NCBI GenBank assembly: GCA_016840425.1
Contig: JAEOSI010000085.1
Location: forward strand, 1 to 8,567
Source: Candidatus Wukongarchaeum yapensis
Lineage (GTDB): Archaea > Asgardarchaeota > Wukongarchaeia > Wukongarchaeales > Wukongarchaeaceae
DNA: 8,567 nucleotides
Reading direction: 5' to 3'
The notes beneath the pieces were generated by a model. That model ran no database searches and was not told the origin of the DNA. It was given only the letters and a program-made list of their open reading frames with translations. Shown one piece after another: positions 1-6,065 of the stretch (positions are counted from its first letter, which is position 1; every line of letters starts with the position of its first letter). The position numbers were made by a program, and so were the translations under genes.

Positions 1-1170
1 ATGGGTAAGATAGAGTTATTACGCGGAAATTATGCAGCATCTTATGCTGCCAAACTTTCAAGGGTACAAGTAATAGCCGCATACCCTATAACACCTCAAA
101 CCTCTATAGTCGAGGTTTTAGCCAGCTATTGTACATCAGGGGAGTTGAAAGCGGCCTTTGTCCGGGTGGAAAGTGAACATTCAGCCATTTCCGCCGCTAT
201 TGGCGCATCGGCTACTGGAGCCCGAGTCTTCACAGCCAGCGGAAGTCAAGGCTTATTATACATGGCAGAAGGAGTGCATTGGGCTGCTGGCGCCCGTTTA
301 CCCATAATAATGGCAATAGTTAACAGGGCGTTAGCGGCCCCTTGGAGCGTTTGGACGGACCATCAAGATGCTATAAGCATGCGAGACTCTGGATGGATTC
401 AGTTTTTTGCTAAAAACAATCAAGAAGTTCTAGACACAATAATCCAAGCATACAAAGTGGCAGAAGACGTAAACGTTTGTCTCCCCGCCATGGTAAACCT
501 AGACGGGTTCATACTAAGTCACACTGTAATGCCCGTAGACATCCCAGAACAAGAAGAAGTAGACGACTTCCTACCACCAAGACCTCCAGGAGCCCCTTAC
601 GAACTTGACAGTAACAATCCACTAACCTACGGAAATATCGCAGATCCAACCTGCTACGATGAGTTCAGATTCAGTATGCACGAAGCCATGGAATATTCAA
701 AAGAAATGATTAGGAAAACAGCTAGAGAATTTGAACAAAAATTTGGCCGAAACCATGGTGCACTTTTAGAAGAGTACAGGTGCTCAAACGACGCAGAAAT
801 TCTAGTCTTTTCCATGGGAACCATGGCAGAAGAAGCAGAAATCGCAGTCGACCTTCTAAGAGACGAAGGAATCCGAGCAGGAAGCGTCAAAGTTCGTGTT
901 TTCAGGCCCTTCCCAGCAGAAGACATTATACGCATCTCAAACGGCTTGAAAGCAATATTAGTCCTTGACAGAAATCTAAGTTTCGGTTTAGGAGGAGCCC
1001 TAGCCTCTGAAATTAAAGCCTCCCTCTATCACGAAAAGCGCAAACCTTTCCTACGGGAACGAGTCATAGGTCTTGGGGGAAGAGATGTAACAGCGGAAAT
1101 TATCGCAGAAGAAATGCAAAAGACACTAAGAATGGTAGAAAAAGAGGAGGAGGTTGTTATATATGAGTAA
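1..1170 (+). CDS. porA: 2-oxoacid:ferredoxin oxidoreductase alpha subunit (PorA family; signatures resemble Thermococcales-type ketoisovalerate oxidoreductase VorA)
   Basis: 389-aa ORF with the alpha-subunit motifs GNYAA, YPITP, VESEHSA, SQGL, NRA (substrate Arg), LDGFILSH, VRVFRPFP, LDRN and GLGGRD. The ATG sits at position 1, so upstream context is not visible. Pyruvate versus branched-chain specificity cannot be settled from sequence. Confidence 0.93.
   Translation: MGKIELLRGNYAASYAAKLSRVQVIAAYPITPQTSIVEVLASYCTSGELKAAFVRVESEHSAISAAIGASATGARVFTASGSQGLLYMAEGVHWAAGARLPIIMAIVNRALAAPWSVWTDHQDAISMRDSGWIQFFAKNNQEVLDTIIQAYKVAEDVNVCLPAMVNLDGFILSHTVMPVDIPEQEEVDDFLPPRPPGAPYELDSNNPLTYGNIADPTCYDEFRFSMHEAMEYSKEMIRKTAREFEQKFGRNHGALLEEYRCSNDAEILVFSMGTMAEEAEIAVDLLRDEGIRAGSVKVRVFRPFPAEDIIRISNGLKAILVLDRNLSFGLGGALASEIKASLYHEKRKPFLRERVIGLGGRDVTAEIIAEEMQKTLRMVEKEEEVVIYE
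1149..1155 (+). promoter_or_regulatory. Shine-Dalgarno for the beta subunit, embedded in the Glu-rich 3' end of the alpha gene (translational coupling)
   Basis: GGAGGTT, 7 nt before ATG 1163, within the codons for EEEV. Confidence 0.7.
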
Positions 1171-2074
1171 AATAGTTCAAAAATTCGGAACTGATGAGTG
1201 GATTCTCCCAGGAAACGCTGCATGTCCCGGTTGTAGTGCAGTCCTTGCCCTAAGACACATACTAAAAGCCCTCGGAAAAGACACCTACCTAGTCATTCCT
1301 GCCAGCTGTGCTTCAGTTATTCAAGGCGTTTATCCGAGAACGGCTTCAAATGTTCCGTCCTTTAATGTCCCCTTTGCTTCTGCTGCTTCAGCAGCTTCAG
1401 GGATAAGACATGCTCTAAATGTATTGGGCAAAAAAGGCACTGTCCTTGCTTTCGCAGGAGACGGAGCAACCTACGACATCGGCTTATCCGCAGTTTCTGG
1501 AGCTGCAGAAAGAAATGAAGATATCGTCTATGTTTGTTATGATAACTCAGCCTATTCTAACACTGGCGTACAAAAGAGCGGGGCAACACCTATAGGAGCT
1601 TGGACAACCACCACGCCCACAGGAAGGGAAGGATGGCCCAAAGATTTGCCGTTAATAATGGCTGCCCACCAAGTACCTTACATGGCTACGGCTTCCGTAG
1701 GTTATCTAAACGATCTTCAAAGGAAGATTAAAGAAGCTAAAGATATCGAAGGTTTCCGCTATATTCACGTATTAGCGCCTTGCACCACAGGATGGCGTTT
1801 TCCTCCTGAAAAAACCATTAGAGTTGCAAAAATGTCCGTTTTAACAGGGTTTTGGATACTGTTTGAAGCAGAAAGGGGAATGATAAGGCTCACAGGCCCG
1901 AGCAAAAGGCTAAAAGATCCTTCAAAACGGGAACCTCTTGACGAGTTTTTAAAACTCCAAGAAAGATTCAAAGGCATAACCCCTGAGCAAAAGAAAGCCT
2001 TGCAAGAATGGATAGATTTTCAATGGACGATAATGCACTGGAAAATGATAGAATATCTGGAGAAGCAACCTTAA
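1163..2074 (+). CDS. porB: 2-oxoacid:ferredoxin oxidoreductase beta subunit (TPP-binding, [4Fe-4S]; PorB/VorB-like)
   Basis: ACPGC, IPASC and APCTTGW supply four cluster Cys. TPP/Mg motif GDG (1457-1465) ... YDNSAYSNTG (DN..NTG at 1541-1567). The start is more likely ATG 1163 than TTG 1154 because GGAGGTT (1149-1155) lies 7 nt upstream. The gene overlaps the alpha stop by 8 nt (ATGAGTAA). Confidence 0.93.
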   Translation: MSKIVQKFGTDEWILPGNAACPGCSAVLALRHILKALGKDTYLVIPASCASVIQGVYPRTASNVPSFNVPFASAASAASGIRHALNVLGKKGTVLAFAGDGATYDIGLSAVSGAAERNEDIVYVCYDNSAYSNTGVQKSGATPIGAWTTTTPTGREGWPKDLPLIMAAHQVPYMATASVGYLNDLQRKIKEAKDIEGFRYIHVLAPCTTGWRFPPEKTIRVAKMSVLTGFWILFEAERGMIRLTGPSKRLKDPSKREPLDEFLKLQERFKGITPEQKKALQEWIDFQWTIMHWKMIEYLEKQP

Positions 2075-2161
2075 GAAAAAAAGAAAGAACCGGAACTCTG
2101 ATAAAAACAATTCTTCCCCTTTTTTTAGCGGGTCTTTACTATTTTTTCTAGAACTTGAAAC
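2075..2161. terminator. Convergent intergenic region with oligo-T tracts on both strands
   Basis: T7 on + (2120-2126) downstream of porB. A7 on + (2076-2082) reads as T7 on - downstream of the glycosyltransferase. Oligo-T termination is established for archaea. Confidence 0.45.
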
Positions 2162-3373
2162 TCAACTTCCACTTCCCCGAAAAAAATCTAATATTTTTTC
2201 AACTAAAATTTTAGTCCCGCTATATTTGGCTATAACTTTTTGAACTTTTTTTACGGACCTTTTCACCTCTTCGCTTGTCATTAACTCATCTATTAACGGG
2301 TTTACTTTTTCAGGTTTTAACAGCGTTTCACTATATATGACGCGGGCAATCTCCAGCCTAGCAGCAGTTCTAGCTATGTTCTCATACTCAGTATTTCCCT
2401 TGGTAGGTATGGCCAAAATAGGTTTCCCATAAACAATTGCCTCGCTCACTGTGTTATGCCCTGGACGCGCTATCAATAAATCACAAGCCTTAAGATATTC
2501 AAAAGGAGACGCCAACCAGCCTAAAATCCTAACATCCCCCTTATCCACGAAAAGCTTTTCTCTCCAAGGATCTCCAAGGGAAACAACCCACTGATAATCT
2601 CGTTTAAAATTTTTTATGGTGTGAAAGATTTTCCTTTCAAGATCGATCTTCACCTTCGGGTTCCCGCTTATCAGTACAAAAATTAAGGGTCGATTCCTAT
2701 CAAAGCCAAGTTCTTTCCTCAACTCATCCTTTGTCGGCAAATCCTCTGGAATCTTATCAACAACATGTCCTACATAGTCCAGCTTATCTTCAATCCTAAA
2801 AGGAACATCCAAAGTAACAGGTGACAAGGTATAAGGAGGAGGAAAATCTGGGACAAAAATACCCTTGGCATGCTTCCAAGCAAGATTCCATAGAGCCCAT
2901 ATTATAGCAATCTCATAAGCCCTAGTATACGCTCCCAAAGGTATAAGATCAGGATTAGGCATAGGAACCCTGAAAACATGATTTATCAAAAAGTAAGGTT
3001 TCTTAGTAATTTTGGCGGTTATAGCAGTAGATAGTCTACTATCAGAAATAATGAAATGGGGGTTTACACGCTTTATATACTGAGCTTCAAGCCTTAGCTG
3101 TTTTTGAAAGTTGTAAAAAAGCCTCGGCATACTGGTTATAGAACGCCTAATATCTACGTTACCTTCCACATCTTCCTCCCAAAAAATAGGGGGAACCGTG
3201 TAAACTTCAAACCCCTGTTGGGCCAAAATCTCTGCGTTTTCATTATTATACGTTGTAAAAGTGACTTCAAACCCTAACTTTCTCAACAATTTCGCCACAG
3301 TCAAACTCCGTTTGCTATGCCCCATACCGATACCGCAAACACCGAAAAGAACTCTTTTCCCTGTTTTCAGCAA
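2162..3373 (-). CDS. GT-B fold UDP-glycosyltransferase, MurG/GT28-like archaeal family (MJ1255-like)
   Basis: N-terminal GIGMGHSKRS (G-x-G-H motif), IISDSR, PDFPPPYTLS, and a C-terminal nucleotide-sugar binding region DLLIARPGHNTVSEA..YGKP...IP....EYENIA. The ORF track starts at 3397, but TTG 3373-3371 lies 7 nt after an AGGTGA SD (3386-3381), giving 403 aa. Confidence 0.85.
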   Translation of the reverse strand: MLKTGKRVLFGVCGIGMGHSKRSLTVAKLLRKLGFEVTFTTYNNENAEILAQQGFEVYTVPPIFWEEDVEGNVDIRRSITSMPRLFYNFQKQLRLEAQYIKRVNPHFIISDSRLSTAITAKITKKPYFLINHVFRVPMPNPDLIPLGAYTRAYEIAIIWALWNLAWKHAKGIFVPDFPPPYTLSPVTLDVPFRIEDKLDYVGHVVDKIPEDLPTKDELRKELGFDRNRPLIFVLISGNPKVKIDLERKIFHTIKNFKRDYQWVVSLGDPWREKLFVDKGDVRILGWLASPFEYLKACDLLIARPGHNTVSEAIVYGKPILAIPTKGNTEYENIARTAARLEIARVIYSETLLKPEKVNPLIDELMTSEEVKRSVKKVQKVIAKYSGTKILVEKILDFFRGSGS

Positions 3374-3397
3374 AATGTCTTCACCTAATAAAAACAA

Positions 3398-3494
3398 ACA
3401 CTTTCTCTAAATAAGTCAAAAACCTTTTAGCTTTTAAAACCTTTAAAAGATTATAAAGTAATCGCTAAAAGCTTAAGAATAGGAAAGGTTAAAA
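3398..3494. promoter_or_regulatory. Divergent promoter region for the glycosyltransferase (-) and the 134-aa orphan (+)
   Basis: AT-rich. TATA-like TTATAAAG at 3451-3458 (+) and palindromic TTTTAAAA at 3432-3439. An 8-bp inverted repeat CTTTTAGC (3424-3431) / GCTAAAAG (3464-3471) brackets both. SD-like AAAGGTT precedes ATG 3495. Confidence 0.45.
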
Positions 3495-3899
3495 ATGCCA
3501 AGAGCTCGGGATTTTCCCTTTGAAAAAAATAAAAAGCTCCGTTTACAAGACCTTGAAGAGATATCACCAATAAAGTTCCTCCGAGCCCTAGTCTACGTAA
3601 ACCAATCCCACATAAGAAAATACCTAGAAGAACACATAAAAGGAGCAGGAGGCGAGCTACCCCTTGAAATCTTCAGCGAATCAGAAAAGTTCTTCTCATG
3701 CAGCTTCATAAACTCAGGCTACCGCGTATTCATAACCATTGAAGATGAAAGAAAAGTAGAAGTTGAAATCGCTTACTCTCCCCTATACTGGAGTCAAAGC
3801 CAAGCCCTAGAAATAGCAAGACTCTGGAATGATCTCCTCTCACAAAGCCTCCCAATATGGAAAATAATCCTTGGCAACGTCTTAGAGTATGCCCACTAA
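3495..3899 (+). CDS. Hypothetical protein, 134 aa, soluble alpha+beta
   Basis: ATG start with SD-like AAAGGTT. Wobble bases are mostly A/C, as in the other + strand genes. It fills the gap between flanking genes without overlap. No family recognised. Confidence 0.75.
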   Translation: MPRARDFPFEKNKKLRLQDLEEISPIKFLRALVYVNQSHIRKYLEEHIKGAGGELPLEIFSESEKFFSCSFINSGYRVFITIEDERKVEVEIAYSPLYWSQSQALEIARLWNDLLSQSLPIWKIILGNVLEYAH

Positions 3900-3950
3900 A
3901 AAACAAAAGAAAAATGGGGATAAATTCCACCCTTTTGAATCCTTTTCTGG

Positions 3951-4946
3951 TTAAATTTTTTCATTTTTCCTTTCTATCTCTTCTAAGAGTATGAAGAGTA
4001 TAGCAGAACCTATCAGGATTCCCCCACTCACAATAAAAAAGCTTATTTTTTCACTAAGTAACAAAACGGATAAAATTACAGCAAAAACGATCTCTAAAAG
4101 AAGCCAAACAGCAGAGGTAGTAGCTTCCATCTCCTCAAGACTTACATACCAAGCACCAAAAGCCAAAACCGTACAAAAAAGACCCAAATAAACTATTACG
4201 CAAACCTCTTTCCATTCAAGTTTTAAAACATCCCCAGTATCGGTTAAAGGAAGCAATAAAAGAAGAAACAATGTCGTGATAATTATAACCCAAAGATTGG
4301 TTATCAAACCCCCTTGAGCAGAACTGTTTTCTCTTGGATTATCAAGCCATTTTTTAGACATTATTATAAAAACAGCCCAGAGAAAGCCTGCAGAAAGAAC
4401 CATCATGTCCCCTAAAAACGTTTTAGAACTCACGGTTTCAAGCTTTCCCTCAGTGGTTACTAAAATTGCCCCAAAAACCCCTATAAAAACTGATAAAACC
4501 TTCTTAAAGCTGAAACTCTCCCCTAAAAATTTGTAAGAGATAATAGCAACGAACACTACGTTGAGATTTATGAGTAAAGCAGACTTCCCAGCGGTAGTAA
4601 GCTCCATACCATAAAACTGAAAAATTAAAGCTAAAGCGTTTAAAAGACCTAAAATCAAAAAGGCAGAAGAAAAACTTTCAAAAAATCCCTTCCCCTTCAA
4701 AAGATAAATTAAAAGCGGTAAAGCTACAATAAACGCCACTAAAAACCTAAAAATAACAAAAAACAACGGATCCAAACCTAAATTCAACCCCCATTTTACT
4801 GCAGGAAAAGAAGAACCCCAAATTAAACTAGCAGAAAACACTAATAGCGTAGCCCTATAAGCCGAAAAATTACGCTCCTCCTCCCCTCTATTACCGCCAC
4901 CATCTCCATCATCAAAACCCATAACATCTTCCACAACAATACACAA
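3951..4946 (-). CDS. EamA/DMT family transporter, paralog 1 (two EamA repeats, about 10 TM)
   Basis: SLIWGSSFPAVK, FRFLVA, KSALLIN..VF..IISYKFLGE.....K, GDMMVLSAG.LWAVF..MSK, LGLFCTVLAF..W...L, LLLSE. The start is uncertain: TTG 4946, GTG 4934 or ATG 4922. Confidence 0.92.
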   Translation of the reverse strand: MCIVVEDVMGFDDGDGGGNRGEEERNFSAYRATLLVFSASLIWGSSFPAVKWGLNLGLDPLFFVIFRFLVAFIVALPLLIYLLKGKGFFESFSSAFLILGLLNALALIFQFYGMELTTAGKSALLINLNVVFVAIISYKFLGESFSFKKVLSVFIGVFGAILVTTEGKLETVSSKTFLGDMMVLSAGFLWAVFIIMSKKWLDNPRENSSAQGGLITNLWVIIITTLFLLLLLPLTDTGDVLKLEWKEVCVIVYLGLFCTVLAFGAWYVSLEEMEATTSAVWLLLEIVFAVILSVLLLSEKISFFIVSGGILIGSAILFILLEEIERKNEKI

Positions 4947-5005
4947 TCCTATTTACAAACATTAGAATAAACAGAAAGTAAGGAAAGGGGGGAATCTCTA
5001 CGCTT

Positions 5006-5950
5006 TTAAACAATGTGGGGTAAAACTTCTTTACTTTTCTCTATATCTTCTAAAACGACAAAGAGTATAGAAAATCCTATAAGGCTTCCCCCACTCGCAA
5101 TGAAAAAGGTTATGCTTTCATCAAGAAATAAAGCGGCTAAAAACACAGCAAACACGATACTTAAAAGAAGATAGACCACAGAAACAGTAGCCTCCATATC
5201 TTCAAGACTCACATACCAAGCACCAAAGGCCAAAACCGTGCAAAAAAACCCTAAAAAAACTATAACAAGAAACTCCCTCCATCCAAGTTCTAAAGCCTCC
5301 CCTGTGTCAGTGAAAGGAAGCAACAGAAAAAGAAACAATGCCGTGATAATTATAACCCAAAGATTGGTTATCAAACCCCCTTGATCGAAGCCATTTTCCT
5401 CCGAATAGTCAAGCCATTTTTTAGACAATACTATAAAAACAGCCCAAATAATCCCCGCAGAAAGGACCATCATGTCCCCTAAAAACGTTTTAGAACTGAC
5501 AGTTTCAAGCCTTCCTTCAGTGGTTATAAAAACCGCTCCAAAACCCCCTAAAAAAACCGCTAAAACCTTTTTCAACCCGAAGCTCTCCCCTAAAAACTTG
5601 TAAGAAATAATGGCGACAAATACAATGTCAAAATTTATAAGCAAAGCAGACTTCCCAGCAGTAGTAAGCTCCATCCCATAAAACTGGAGAACAAAAGCTA
5701 AAGCGTTTAAAAAACCTAAAACAAAGAAAACAAAAGAGAAACTTTCAAAAAAACCCCTACCTCTTAAAAGAAACTTTAAAAGCGGTAAAGCTACAATAAA
5801 CGCCACTAAAAACCTAAAAATAACAAAAAACAACGGGTTCAGCCCTAAATCCAATCCATATTTTATTGCAGGAAAAGCAGAACCCCATAATAAACTAGCA
5901 GAAATCACCAAAAATCTAGCCCTTATTGCTGAACCCACAACAAACCACAT
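5006..5950 (-). CDS. EamA/DMT family transporter, paralog 2
   Basis: Same motif set as paralog 1. Colinear with it at a constant 1067-nt offset. 224 of 304 core residues are identical by hand alignment. Start is ATG 5950, or possibly GTG 5938. Confidence 0.92.
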   Translation of the reverse strand: MWFVVGSAIRARFLVISASLLWGSAFPAIKYGLDLGLNPLFFVIFRFLVAFIVALPLLKFLLRGRGFFESFSFVFFVLGFLNALAFVLQFYGMELTTAGKSALLINFDIVFVAIISYKFLGESFGLKKVLAVFLGGFGAVFITTEGRLETVSSKTFLGDMMVLSAGIIWAVFIVLSKKWLDYSEENGFDQGGLITNLWVIIITALFLFLLLPFTDTGEALELGWREFLVIVFLGFFCTVLAFGAWYVSLEDMEATVSVVYLLLSIVFAVFLAALFLDESITFFIASGGSLIGFSILFVVLEDIEKSKEVLPHIV

Positions 5951-6004
5951 TCCTGCTATAAAAAAACATTAAGAACAAAAAAGAAAGGATAAAAATAGGA
6001 TAAA

Positions 6005-6065
6005 ATAAAGGGATTATAAAAACCTACCTTATTAAATCAAAAAAATTCCTTTGTGAGGTTTAATA
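6005..6065 (+). promoter_or_regulatory. Candidate BRE/TATA promoter and SD for the dehydratase
   Basis: Purine-rich AAAGGGA followed by TTATAAAA (6014-6021). GAGGTT at 6055-6060 lies 5 nt before ATG 6066. Confidence 0.5.

Larger units (their letters stand above)
3951..5975 (-). repeat. Tandem gene duplication of about 1.07-kb unit (two DMT genes plus about 25-35 nt of upstream sequence)
   Basis: Perfect nucleotide matches at +1067: 4275-4317/5342-5384 (43 nt), 4399-4430/5466-5497 (32 nt) and 4709-4769/5776-5836 (61 nt). Upstream sequences on - also resemble each other (TTCT(T)AATGTTT...AGGA[T/A]TGTG..TTGTTGTG). Confidence 0.9.

Noticed and set aside
654-1977. Short alternative-frame and antisense ORFs in the oxidoreductase genes (654-935, 780-968, 1029-1223, 1765-1977)
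   Set aside because: Shadow ORFs of conserved genes with no independent evidence.
2075-2161. tRNA or structured ncRNA in the intergenic gaps (also 3900-3950, 4947-5005, 5951-6065)
   Set aside because: The gaps are short and AT-rich, with no cloverleaf, T-loop or stable GC stem.
3730-4191. 66-aa ORFs 3730-3930 (-) and 3991-4191 (+)
   Set aside because: They are antisense to the orphan and to DMT paralog 1. Codon-ending pattern and SD support the longer ORFs.
3951-5950. Repeated sequence as a CRISPR array or IS-mediated duplication
   Set aside because: The repeats are two coding paralogs at a single 1067-nt offset. There is no spacer structure, terminal inverted repeat, target-site duplication or transposase.
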